A stretch of 47,135 nt of DNA from a virus. Its lineage: Duplodnaviria; Caudoviricetes. The stretch's first letter is position 1. The number at the start of each line of letters is the position of its first letter. The DNA lies in IMG/VR virus record IMGVR_UViG_3300024331_000046, positions 1 through 47,135 of that record; one strand, 5' to 3'. The position numbers and the translations under genes were made by a program. Below, piece after piece: positions 29,266 to 37,154 of this stretch. Below the pieces are notes generated by a model, which worked only from the letters and a program-made list of their open reading frames with translations, did no database searches and was not told the DNA's origin.

Positions 29266-29305
29266 TCCAAAGCTTACAATGAAATTGTTGGGGAGGCAAT
29301 CTGTT

Positions 29306-29842
29306 ATGGCTAACGCAATCTGGCTCGCCGAAGTCTTGGAAGCGGCCGGCTGCAAGACCGTCGAGCTGGCGGGCTGGCAGACCCGAGGCCGAGCCGAAAT
29401 GGGCGTCGTCAAGGGCGTCCTCTGCCACCACACCGCAGGATCGAAGACCGGCAATGCGCCGAGCCTGAAGCTGATCGTCGGCGGGAGGCCCGACCTCCCC
29501 GGCCCGCTGTCTCACCTTCACCTTGCCCGCGACGGCACGTTCACCGTGATCGCAGCCGGGCGATGCAACCATGCTGGTCCCGGTTCGTGGCGCGGCGTCA
29601 CGACCGGCAATTCCAACTTCATTGGGATTGAGGCCGAGAATGCCGGGGACGGCACCGATCCTTGGCCCGACGTTCAGATGGAGGCCTACGCCCGAGGCGT
29701 GGCGGCGATCCTGAGGCACATCGGGGCGCCCGCAGGCATGTGCGCCGGGCACAAGGAATATGCGCTTCCTCCGGGCCGGAAGATCGACCCATCGTTCAAC
29801 ATGACCGCCTTTCGCGAGAAGGTGGCGGCGTTCATGGCATGA
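29306..29842 (+). CDS. endolysin, N-acetylmuramoyl-L-alanine amidase (Amidase_2)
   Basis: LCHHTAG, NHAG, IGIEAEN, GHKEYA..RKIDP; RBS GGAGG. Confidence 0.9.
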   Translation: MANAIWLAEVLEAAGCKTVELAGWQTRGRAEMGVVKGVLCHHTAGSKTGNAPSLKLIVGGRPDLPGPLSHLHLARDGTFTVIAAGRCNHAGPGSWRGVTTGNSNFIGIEAENAGDGTDPWPDVQMEAYARGVAAILRHIGAPAGMCAGHKEYALPPGRKIDPSFNMTAFREKVAAFMA

Positions 29843-30195
29843 AGCAGTTCCGCCGCATCCTCCGCTGGATCGCCACGCGCCTCAAGGACGTGTTTTACGA
29901 CACCGACAACGAGCATTTGGACGGTGCGCGCGTCATCGCCTACGTCGCGATCCTGTCCGAGCTGTGGGCGGTCAAGCACAACATGCAGCTCAAGCAGCCC
30001 ATCGACCTGGGGCCGGGCGGTCTTGGCGGCGGACTGACGGGCATCCTCGGTGCTGCGGCAGGCTTCCTCGCAGCCAAGGCGTGGTCGAAGAAGAAGAACC
30101 GCGAGAGCGCGGCCATCGCCCAGAACGTGACCGTCGCCAAAGAGGCCGGCGAGAACGTGGTCGAGGTAGCTCCGCCGCCGGTGAAGAAGCCGTGA
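29839..30195 (+). CDS. putative holin
   Basis: ATGA-coupled to endolysin; two hydrophobic segments and a basic tail. Confidence 0.55.
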   Translation: MKQFRRILRWIATRLKDVFYDTDNEHLDGARVIAYVAILSELWAVKHNMQLKQPIDLGPGGLGGGLTGILGAAAGFLAAKAWSKKKNRESAAIAQNVTVAKEAGENVVEVAPPPVKKP

Positions 30196-30314
30196 CCATG
30201 CACACCCATCCGGCGTGGCGCTGCCCATTCTGCGGAAGCGCGTCGATTTGGGCATGGTGGCGGTGGCTCACGCTCGGCACGAACAAGCTCCACGCCTGCA
30301 GGCCCAAGCCATGA
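30192..30314 (+). CDS. small CxxC protein
   Basis: Coupled ORF containing RCPFCG. Confidence 0.4.
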   Translation: MTMHTHPAWRCPFCGSASIWAWWRWLTLGTNKLHACRPKP

Positions 30315-30505
30315 AGCGCGCCTTCGCCGTCATTCTGCTCATCGCTGCCGGAGTAGCGCTGTGTGCCTATTGGCGGGGCGAGCAGCAAGCCCAGATGTTG
30401 CCGCTGGTCCACGCCTCCGCAGCCGACGACAGCCGCCTCTACGCGCTCTGCCCAACCATCGTCCCCTGGCAGGCACCCAAGTACGTCAAGGAGCACAAGG
30501 CGTGA
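30311..30505 (+). CDS. small exported/membrane protein
   Basis: MKR followed by a hydrophobic helix; coupled. Confidence 0.5.
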   Translation: MKRAFAVILLIAAGVALCAYWRGEQQAQMLPLVHASAADDSRLYALCPTIVPWQAPKYVKEHKA

Positions 30506-30825
30506 GGCTGACCGAGCTAGAGCCCGAATGGGTCACTGATGGCTGGGCGAAGGGCTTTCGACGCACAGACGACTTCGCTGAAGCGCAAGGCATCCTATTC
30601 GCTTGCCCGCATCACTTCACGAAAAACGGCGGTCTGATCGGCACGCACAGCATCCTCGTGTGGTTCAAAGATCGCGAGGTTCCTGAGGATTGCGAGCCGA
30701 AATATCGGTGGTCGGCTAGCGGCACCTCATTCGACGACCTCACGCTCACGCCGTCAATCAACCTTCAGGTCGGAGGCGACACCGACGAATGGCACGGCTT
30801 TATCACGAACGGAGAAGTCACATGA
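30502..30825 (+). CDS. hypothetical protein (DUF6527-like)
   Basis: FACP, LTLTPSI, WHGFITNG. Confidence 0.6.
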   Translation: MRLTELEPEWVTDGWAKGFRRTDDFAEAQGILFACPHHFTKNGGLIGTHSILVWFKDREVPEDCEPKYRWSASGTSFDDLTLTPSINLQVGGDTDEWHGFITNGEVT

Positions 30826-31052
30826 TTACCCCCGGAAGCTACTGGAAGCACCGCACCGACGACTACGAGGTCCAGGTCGAACCCGACGAGGATCTGGTCG
30901 ACAAGGCCCCGAGCGACGCCACTTGGCATTCGGCGATCGCCTACCGCCGGACAGATCAGGACGACGGCCCCAAGTACGTCCGCCGCATCGACGACTTCCT
31001 CGCCAAGTTCGAGCAGGTCTTGCAGGACGAGGGCGATGTTCAAGCTGCGTAA
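30822..31052 (+). CDS. DUF1653-like protein
   Basis: GSYWKH...YEV...YVRRIDDFLAKF. Confidence 0.55.
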   Translation: MITPGSYWKHRTDDYEVQVEPDEDLVDKAPSDATWHSAIAYRRTDQDDGPKYVRRIDDFLAKFEQVLQDEGDVQAA

Positions 31053-31389
31053 CCTGTCCGCCCGCGTCATCGGCCTGATCGTCGGCGGGGTCGTGCTGGT
31101 CGTCGTCGTCCTGCTGCTTCTGAACCAATGCTCCTCGACCAAGACGGCGAAGAAGCAGGCCGAGGTTTCAGCGGGTCAGGCCGGCGCTTCAATCGGATCT
31201 GGCGCCGAAGCGGTCAACACCGCCGCCAACGTCATGGCGAGCGACGATGCGACCGATGCCCAGGTGGCTCAGGCCAAAGCCGAGATCGCCGCCGCAGCCA
31301 AGGGGCAGAAGGGAGCCGCGGCAAAGCGCGCTGCGTGCCGATTTAAGGCGTATCGCGATACTCCGGCATGTCAGGAGCCAAAACCATGA
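31036..31389 (+). CDS. inner-membrane spanin (Rz-like)
   Basis: N-terminal TM, Ala-rich periplasmic helix, C-terminal Cys. Confidence 0.6.
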   Translation: MFKLRNLSARVIGLIVGGVVLVVVVLLLLNQCSSTKTAKKQAEVSAGQAGASIGSGAEAVNTAANVMASDDATDAQVAQAKAEIAAAAKGQKGAAAKRAACRFKAYRDTPACQEPKP

Positions 31390-31712
31390 AAACGCGCTGT
31401 GTGGCCATCCTAGGCGCTCTGGCGGCACTTTCGGGCTGCGCTACCTTCGGCTCGGCGCCGGTCTATGGCGAGATTCCCGAATGCGAGCGGCTGATCCCCG
31501 AGAGCCTGAAGGCTCCTGTCCCCGGTGTCCCCATCCCCGAGAGCGAGGAAGCCGAACCCTGGATGCAGGCGTTCGTCGGGCAAACCGGCGCTCTGGACAA
31601 AGCAAATGAGCGCGCGCCGGCGATCGATCATATCTACAAGACCTGTCTCATCATGCATCGGGAGGCGCTGCGGAAGGCCAAGCGCGGGTTCTTCGGGCGG
31701 CTGTTCGGCTAA
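31386..31712 (+). CDS. outer-membrane spanin lipoprotein (Rz1-like)
   Basis: Lipobox LSGC; Pro-rich. Confidence 0.65.
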   Translation: MKTRCVAILGALAALSGCATFGSAPVYGEIPECERLIPESLKAPVPGVPIPESEEAEPWMQAFVGQTGALDKANERAPAIDHIYKTCLIMHREALRKAKRGFFGRLFG

Positions 31713-31924
31713 ACCGGCGTCCGCCTGTTGGTGCTGACTGATGGGCCGAGGCTCGGTTTGCCGACTAGCCGCTCATGGGCTTTCAGCGCGTTGGCAATGC
31801 GGGGGAGGCGTAGAACGGCATCTGCTGCCTTTAGCGCGTCGTCCCAGTATTCGAGCATCGCCGCATCGAGAATTGCATAGGCGATCTCTTTCCTGAGGCT
31901 TAACTCTTCATGTACCTCGGCCAT
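31709..31924 (-). CDS. hypothetical protein
   Basis: RBS GAGGGG; last gene of the leftward block. Confidence 0.5.
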   Translation of the reverse strand: MAEVHEELSLRKEIAYAILDAAMLEYWDDALKAADAVLRLPRIANALKAHERLVGKPSLGPSVSTNRRTPV

Positions 31925-31960
31925 TAGCTAACCCCTCTGTGTCCATATAGGTACAAGGTG

Positions 31961-32046
31961 TGGGCGATGCCGCAAGCGGCCCGCGCTGTCGCACTTCGTG
32001 TCGAGCCCTGTTTCACGGTCTCGCCCGCTTCGCGGCTTCCATCGCT
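31961..32046 (-). repeat. structured repeat element, left end of cassette 1
   Basis: Minus strand AGCGATGGAAGCCGCGAAGCGGGCGAGACCGTGAAACAGGGCTCGACACGAAGTGCGACAGCGCGGGCCGCTTGCGGCATCGCCCA. Confidence 0.85.
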
Positions 32047-32207
32047 ATCGCGCGTTGCTGCTCGCCTATGCTCCGCTGAAGCTTGGCCAGCTTCCACTGC
32101 CTGAACGCGGTGTAGAGCATGAGGCATGACACCAGGAAGTTGACGGTCGTGACCGCTGCGTTCAGGTAGATAGTGCGCATCACTGAAGCGTAGATTTCTG
32201 GCGTCAT
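32013..32207 (-). CDS. small membrane protein (cassette 1 cargo)
   Basis: RBS GGAGA; one TM; ends inside the repeat element. Confidence 0.55.
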   Translation of the reverse strand: MTPEIYASVMRTIYLNAAVTTVNFLVSCLMLYTAFRQWKLAKLQRSIGEQQRAIAMEAAKRARP

Positions 32208-32623
32208 GCTGGTTCTCCGTAGAGGCGGATCAAGTCGCCGTCTTTCCACATATCTCCCGTCGCCCCTCCCTTTTTGCAATAGACCAAATAGTCATCGCCA
32301 GCAGGGCGCAGGGTGAGCCAGCTCGTCCACTCTTTCTTTTTGCTGTCGGTGGATTGGTCGGTGACGACTATCTTATTGATGATCGACGGAGCGCCTCGGC
32401 AGGCATCTTGAGGGTCTTTCAGAGCCGGGTAGGACCGCTGCGCCACGACGCGCTTTATGACGACGGTGCGCTTCACGGGGACCATGCCGCCCATGACGGC
32501 TCCTGCCCACGAGCAGCCGTAGGTAACGCTGCCTAGCATGATGGAGATGACCGCCGCCAGTGTGAGCCGTTGGCGGCGCGTGGCGTCCGCGAAAAGGCCG
32601 CGCAGCTCGCTGAGGATGGTCAT
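32204..32623 (-). CDS. membrane-anchored hypothetical protein (cassette 1 cargo)
   Basis: One TM followed by a soluble domain. Confidence 0.55.
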   Translation of the reverse strand: MTILSELRGLFADATRRQRLTLAAVISIMLGSVTYGCSWAGAVMGGMVPVKRTVVIKRVVAQRSYPALKDPQDACRGAPSIINKIVVTDQSTDSKKKEWTSWLTLRPAGDDYLVYCKKGGATGDMWKDGDLIRLYGEPA

Positions 32624-32708
32624 GCGCAAGGGATGCCAGCTATGCCCGAGACCGCAGGGCTCGGCTCCGAAGGAGTGGCAGCCCGGTCCCGCTTGCGGGA
32701 TGCGCCCA
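32624..32708 (+). repeat. structured repeat element, right end of cassette 1
   Basis: ..GAGACCGCAGGGCTCGGCTCCGAAGGAGTGGCAGCCCGGTCCCGCTTGCGGGATGCGCCCA. Confidence 0.8.
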
Positions 32709-32710
32709 TA

Positions 32711-33070
32711 CTATCTCGTTCCATTGATACTAGTCCTTCGAGAGGGTGGATCGGGCAGAGGTTTCCAGTGTGTCGGGCGGTCATCATAATTTGGCCAGTA
32801 AGCGATACGTTCCTCCCATACGTCACGCGGAGGATTAAAGCCGACAACCCACCGCCCGATCATAATTCGCGTGGTTTCGTTCGGTGCGCTTTCAATGGGC
32901 CTCCATTCAGCTTCCTTCAGGTACTCAATGCGAGTTGCCGCTTCCTGCATCAGTTTGATCGGCGGCTCATCGCCAAGCGTCATCATGTCGCCGGGATCGT
33001 TCGACCAAGCACGCAACCGCGCCACCAGTTCATCATCATTACAGGAGGTCATTGCTGCACCTTGGGTCAT
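32711..33070 (-). CDS. DUF551-like phage protein
   Basis: EAATRIE, WRPIESAP, PTHWKPLPDPP; start could be 33052. Confidence 0.7.
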   Translation of the reverse strand: MTQGAAMTSCNDDELVARLRAWSNDPGDMMTLGDEPPIKLMQEAATRIEYLKEAEWRPIESAPNETTRIMIGRWVVGFNPPRDVWEERIAYWPNYDDRPTHWKPLPDPPSRRTSINGTR

Positions 33071-33255
33071 ATCCCGCACCTTCTGCGCATCCAGAAGTGA
33101 AGCGCCAAATCGAAGTCGTCCTCGCCCTCTAGGGCGGCGTTCCACCCTTCGATGAAGGCGGCAATCTCCTCGTCATCAACATCGCTGTGATAGCCGAGCG
33201 ACTTGCCCGGCAAATCGACTGTCGCGGCTGCGTTCGTTCGTGGCGTCTGTTCCAT
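33067..33255 (-). CDS. hypothetical protein
   Basis: RBS GAGGAGG; coupled. Confidence 0.5.
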   Translation of the reverse strand: MEQTPRTNAAATVDLPGKSLGYHSDVDDEEIAAFIEGWNAALEGEDDFDLALHFWMRRRCGI

Positions 33256-33579
33256 CTATCCCTCCTCAACCCCAGCGTTCAGGGCGGCGCGGCCATTGTT
33301 CAGGCAACGCGCCCATGCCAGCGCTCCCTGCTTGGCAATCTCTAGCGGGGCGATCTCGCTGGCGGTGTTGCCGATCAGTGCCGCAGATGCGACGAAATCC
33401 CCCAGCGCCTCCCGCAATCTCTCCCGTTCCTCCAGCATAGATCTGACGACTTCGTTCACCTTGTCCATGATCCGCAACGCCTTGGAGCCGTAGCTTTCGC
33501 CGCACACGTCAGCCGAGAGCAGCGCGGACTCGATTGCCTCGCGAAGCCGCTCTACTAGTTCGGTATTGGTGGTGGTCAT
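33256..33579 (-). CDS. hypothetical protein
   Basis: ELVERLR...ERLREAL, typical small early phage gene. Confidence 0.6.
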   Translation of the reverse strand: MTTTNTELVERLREAIESALLSADVCGESYGSKALRIMDKVNEVVRSMLEERERLREALGDFVASAALIGNTASEIAPLEIAKQGALAWARCLNNGRAALNAGVEEG

Positions 33580-33582
33580 CTG

Positions 33583-34014
33583 CTACTCCTGGGCCAGCGC
33601 AGTATCGACAGCCGCCTTGAGTTCTGGCGTGATCCTGAACCATTCCCGGTTTGACTGAAGGTGCTTGAAGGCGCGGTGCCATTGCCGCTCTTGGCTCCCG
33701 GCTCCCGCGATGACCCCCACCAGTTCAGGCGGGGTCGGCGCGTGGCAGCGTATCATCCGCATCCGCGATTGTATGTTGGTGGTGCGGCCGATCTTGAGGA
33801 ACCGTCCTACGCGGACGAAATAAAGGTCGCCCGAAGCCGCCAGCCTCTCCTCGGCGGCTGCCCTTTGAGCCTCGGCCCAATCCTCAGCGAAGGTCAGGCG
33901 CAACTCCGCGAACAGGGCAGCCCTCTCGGGCGATCCGACAGGCAGCTCGGGCGCAATCCCGTCAGTGAACGGGTGGGGAACAGACTGTGCCGCCTCATGT
34001 GTCGCCACGCTCAA
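33583..34014 (-). CDS. GIY-YIG / T5orf172-like domain protein
   Basis: LYFV...LKIGRTTN...R...ERQWH..F......EWF. Confidence 0.8.
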   Translation of the reverse strand: MSVATHEAAQSVPHPFTDGIAPELPVGSPERAALFAELRLTFAEDWAEAQRAAAEERLAASGDLYFVRVGRFLKIGRTTNIQSRMRMIRCHAPTPPELVGVIAGAGSQERQWHRAFKHLQSNREWFRITPELKAAVDTALAQE

Positions 34015-34044
34015 ACCTCCTCTGCGCTTTCTGCGCGTTCGGTA

Positions 34045-34073
34045 TTGCGGCTAAGGCCACGAAAACCTAGGAA
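34045..34073 (+). promoter_or_regulatory. candidate promoter for the attP tRNA half
   Basis: TTGCGG-N17-TAGGAA ending 11 nt before the tRNA 5' end. Confidence 0.35.
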
Positions 34074-34084
34074 AACTGCGCCTA

Positions 34085-34122
34085 GCCGGATTAGCTCAGT
34101 TGGTAGAGCAGCGGTTTTGTAA
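34085..34122 (+). tRNA. 5' half of tRNA-Thr(UGU); attP identity block, not a complete tRNA
   Basis: GCCGGATTAGCTCAGTTGGTAGAGCAGCGGTTTTGTAA covers acceptor 5' strand, D arm and anticodon loop; no 3' half; adjacent to the integrase 3' end. Confidence 0.88.
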
Positions 34123-34168
34123 TACGCTGCTCCGTTCCGCCGACTATAGGCATTTTCCGAAGGGGAAA

Positions 34169-35221
34169 TCAAGGTTTGTTCTCCGAGAACCGCTGCTGCT
34201 GTGCCCTCTTTTGTGCCACCCCATGCATGGCAGCCTTCTTCTGCTCGGGTGTCAGGAAGGCGAGGTAAATCTCGGTTGTCTTGACGCTGGCGTGCCCGAG
34301 GAGTTGCTGAAGGTCGTAGAGCGATCCCTTGCCAGCCTTTAGGTATTCGACCGCGTAGAGGTGCCTGAAGTCATGGAACCGGAATCCGCGAAAACCATGT
34401 GCCGCCTTCCGTGCCACCCGCCGCCGGATGTCCCCGAAACGAGAGGCCGGGCTTTTCCAGCGCTCACCGTCGCCGTGGTAGAACACGAACGGAGACCGAA
34501 TATGCCGAGCCTGGCGCTCCGCGATCTTGCGAGCTCGGCGGCTTAGCGGGATCACCCGAAGCCGGTTGCGCTTGCCGTAGATGGTGATGTCGTCGGAGCC
34601 GATCTGCTTCCACTTGAGGCCGAATATCTCGTCCTCGCGCATCCCCGTCTCGCGGGCGAAGTCCATCGCATCGGCGAACCTGGCGGGCGCCGAGGCCTTG
34701 ACCAGCGCGATCTCTTCCTCGTCGGGCAGGACAATCGGGTCGCGCTTCTCGCGCATCCTGCGGTGCCGCAGCGTCAAGGTCGGGTTCTCTTCGGCCCAGC
34801 CCTCATCGATCGCGTGGTCGATCACGCTGGAAATGGCAGTCAGGTCGCGGCGGATGGTGGCCGTTCCGGCTCCGTTGACCCGCCTGCCCTTCACCATCTC
34901 GCGCAGCTTGGAACTGTCGATGCGCTGTATCTCAACCCCGTCCAGCCACGGGCGCACCTGCTTGAGGCTTGTCAGGTAGCGCTTGAGCGTTTTCGGCGCG
35001 AGGTCGCCGGTCGCATGGGCGCTCCACGACAGCACTACGGCCTGCCATGTCTGGGGCGGCAGGATGCCAAAGCGAGCCTCATTCTCAACGTCCCTCTTCA
35101 GCGCCTTCAGGCGGCGCTCTGCTTCGCTCCGAACAGCCGTTCGTAGGCTGTGTCGGTATTCTCGACCCGATACCTTGAAGCGCGCCCACCATGTGTTCCC
35201 GCGTTTGTAGAGATTGGGCAT
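34169..35221 (-). CDS. int: tyrosine integrase
   Basis: TGMREDE, K, FHDFRH, LLGHAS..TTEIY catalytic residues. Confidence 0.95.
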   Translation of the reverse strand: MPNLYKRGNTWWARFKVSGREYRHSLRTAVRSEAERRLKALKRDVENEARFGILPPQTWQAVVLSWSAHATGDLAPKTLKRYLTSLKQVRPWLDGVEIQRIDSSKLREMVKGRRVNGAGTATIRRDLTAISSVIDHAIDEGWAEENPTLTLRHRRMREKRDPIVLPDEEEIALVKASAPARFADAMDFARETGMREDEIFGLKWKQIGSDDITIYGKRNRLRVIPLSRRARKIAERQARHIRSPFVFYHGDGERWKSPASRFGDIRRRVARKAAHGFRGFRFHDFRHLYAVEYLKAGKGSLYDLQQLLGHASVKTTEIYLAFLTPEQKKAAMHGVAQKRAQQQRFSENKP

Positions 35222-35397
35222 GGCCGCTTCCTGCTCACCTTTCGCGCCCACTGGCGCAACTCGTCCACATCGAACGTCCAGCGGCCGGCGGGCTTGCCGG
35301 CGCCTGGAATGCCCCCGCTAGCCGCGAACGCCTGTAGAGTGCGCTTCGGGATGCCTGCGATCAAGCTCGCCTCTGAAATGCCGACGCGCTCTTTCAC
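35107..35397 (-). CDS. xis: excisionase-like HTH protein
   Basis: ISEAS.IAGIPKRTLQ...G.IPG..K.AGRWTF; overlaps the int start. Confidence 0.7.
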   Translation of the reverse strand: MKERVGISEASLIAGIPKRTLQAFAASGGIPGAGKPAGRWTFDVDELRQWARKVSRKRPCPISTNAGTHGGRASRYRVENTDTAYERLFGAKQSAA

Positions 35398-35479
35398 ACC
35401 TGCCACCGCCACATTGGAGGCAGACCGATGCACACGATGCTGACCAGCAGGATCGCGCCGATGAGATGATCGAGGAGCT

Positions 35480-35929
35480 TCATGGGGCGGGGATTTCGTG
35501 TTGGATGGGCACGCCAGCAGCGCGAGCCTGGCGCACCATGTTCTTTGTGCCTTCGCCGCCCGGAAACGCCAGCACCAAGTCCGGCTTGCCTTCAGCGAGC
35601 ATTCTGCCATTACGGATTGGTCCGGCGCTGTTGCCGTGCCTGTCCCAGTCGGCAGGGAATTTTAGGTTGTCGATCTTGTTACGGCGCGCCCAGTAACCAG
35701 CGATCCGGTCAGCACCGGGCGCGTTGCCCTCATTCACAACGCCGATGCCGCAATAGTCGCCCGTTACCTGACCTTCTGACCGGGTGGAGAGGGTGGCGCG
35801 AGCGTATCTGCGCCAATGGTCCGGATCGTTTTCCCACTTGCATGGGCTGATCGTGTAAACGCGGTTGTGTTCTTCGAAGATCGCCCGCGCGACGGCTTCG
35901 ATCATCTCGGGTGTCGGCTCTCTGGTCAT
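35480..35929 (-). CDS. chimeric protein with C-terminal SLOG (YspA/DUF2493-like) domain
   Basis: GNAPGAD, FPADWDRHGNSAGPIRN..ML, LVLAFPGGEGT.NM. Confidence 0.7.
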   Translation of the reverse strand: MTREPTPEMIEAVARAIFEEHNRVYTISPCKWENDPDHWRRYARATLSTRSEGQVTGDYCGIGVVNEGNAPGADRIAGYWARRNKIDNLKFPADWDRHGNSAGPIRNGRMLAEGKPDLVLAFPGGEGTKNMVRQARAAGVPIQHEIPAP

Positions 35930-36303
35930 GGTTTCCGATCCTCGGTTGGGATACCCTGTGCGGGCGCATCGGCGTTGCCGACCGCGCTCTCGTCTTCGAC
36001 GGCACCCTGTTTCACGGTTGCCGCCCTTCGGGCTTCGATCGCTTGCGCGTCGCGGGCGTCCATCATCTCACGCGTCTCGAACATCGGGTGTCCGCACTGG
36101 GGCTGCCAGCGGAGTTGCCAGTCGCGCAGATTGAAGCTGTCGAACTCGATGTCGCGGCGGCAGTCGGCGCAGTACCAGCTATGCGAGCCGTGGTTCCACC
36201 AAAGGGCTGGTTCGGCTTGGCAGGAGCGCCGATTACACGCGCCGCCTTCGAGGCCCTTGTTGGGCTTCTCGGGGGCATCCAGCGGGAGGTCCATGAAAGC
36301 CAT
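35926..36303 (-). CDS. Cys-rich hypothetical protein (cassette 2 cargo)
   Basis: CNRRSC and YCADC; C-terminus reads through the repeat element. Confidence 0.65.
   Translation of the reverse strand: MAFMDLPLDAPEKPNKGLEGGACNRRSCQAEPALWWNHGSHSWYCADCRRDIEFDSFNLRDWQLRWQPQCGHPMFETREMMDARDAQAIEARRAATVKQGAVEDESAVGNADAPAQGIPTEDRKP
35961..36043 (-). repeat. structured repeat element, left end of cassette 2
   Basis: Minus strand AGCGATCGAAGCCCGAAGGGCGGCAACCGTGAAACAGGGTGCCGTCGAAGACGAGAGCGCGGTCGGCAACGCCGATGCGCCCG. Confidence 0.85.
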
Positions 36304-36321
36304 CAGCAGCCTCCCGCGATA

Positions 36322-36401
36322 CGGATCGAAGCCCGAAGGGACGGGACACCGAAGAGTGGCCCGACGCGAAGCGCGAGAGCCGGGGCCGAAGGCATCGCCC
36401 G
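36322..36401 (+). repeat. structured repeat element, right end of cassette 2
   Basis: CGGATCGAAGCCCGAAGGGACGGGACACCGAAGAGTGGCCCGACGCGAAGCGCGAGAGCCGGGGCCGAAGGCATCGCCCG. Confidence 0.85.
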
Positions 36402-36403
36402 GA

Positions 36404-36571
36404 TCATGCTCTCACCTCACAATCACACCTAAGCCTTGACCACTCTGGCTGGGTACGGCGACGAATGGCCGTCTGACTCAGCTTGGCATGGTCGTGATTG
36501 AGGCGCAGCAGTACCGATCCATGCGGACCCACGATGCGCCTCTCGAACGGGTTGTGAATGAGTTCGTCCAT
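36404..36571 (-). CDS. hypothetical protein
   Basis: TAATG-coupled start. Confidence 0.4.
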   Translation of the reverse strand: MDELIHNPFERRIVGPHGSVLLRLNHDHAKLSQTAIRRRTQPEWSRLRCDCEVRA

Positions 36572-36771
36572 TATGCTGCCTTCCCCGATTGAGCATCGGC
36601 CCACAGCTTCGCCATGCGGACCGTCGAGCTAAACTTGTCGAAGTGGGCGATGACGTAGCGACCGCGTGTAAGCGGCGGCATGTCGCCCTGCACCTTGATC
36701 GTGATCGTGCCGTCGTCAAAGTCGGCGCTGTCCAGACTACCGATGGCGAGAAAGTCGTAACCCTGCTTCAT
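36571..36771 (-). CDS. hypothetical protein
   Basis: Coupled at both ends. Confidence 0.55.
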   Translation of the reverse strand: MKQGYDFLAIGSLDSADFDDGTITIKVQGDMPPLTRGRYVIAHFDKFSSTVRMAKLWADAQSGKAA

Positions 36772-37154
36772 GCTGCCCTCGCTTCGTCAGACCAGCGCAC
36801 CCCATGCTCGTCACCGAATGCCTGGATGAAATTGATCAGGTCGCCCATCTGCGACTTGGTGAGCTTCGAAGATCTGAAGCCCTGCGGAAACGGGCGTCCG
36901 TCCAGCCCTTCGAGGAACTGGACCTCCCACCCGCAGGCATTCATGAAGATGCACTTCCAGTCGTCGGGCGTGTGCCGGCGACCCATCGGCATGGCCACGG
37001 ATACGTCGGTGAGCATGGCCCAGAGCTTGTTATTCTGATCCAGCGTCCGCGTCGGCTCCCGAACCTCGGCCACATAACCCTCCGGTGCTTGGTCAACGAT
37101 CCGCTTGAACCGCTCCCGGCTGAAGGCGTTGGTGAGGATAACCTTGTGCGTCAT
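36768..37154 (-). CDS. ninB: NinB-family recombination protein
   Basis: RTLDQNNKLWAMLTDVS...DDWK..F...RSSKLTKSQM..LI.FI.AFG.EHGV.W. Confidence 0.88.
   Translation of the reverse strand: MTHKVILTNAFSRERFKRIVDQAPEGYVAEVREPTRTLDQNNKLWAMLTDVSVAMPMGRRHTPDDWKCIFMNACGWEVQFLEGLDGRPFPQGFRSSKLTKSQMGDLINFIQAFGDEHGVRWSDEARAA

Noticed and set aside
28558-29313. 251-aa plus-strand ORF as a full endolysin
   Set aside because: Only the first 19 codons look like lysozyme; the rest is the antisense of the HNH gene.
34085-34160. Complete functional tRNA-Thr gene
   Set aside because: No 3' anticodon stem, T arm or acceptor 3' strand follows position 34122.
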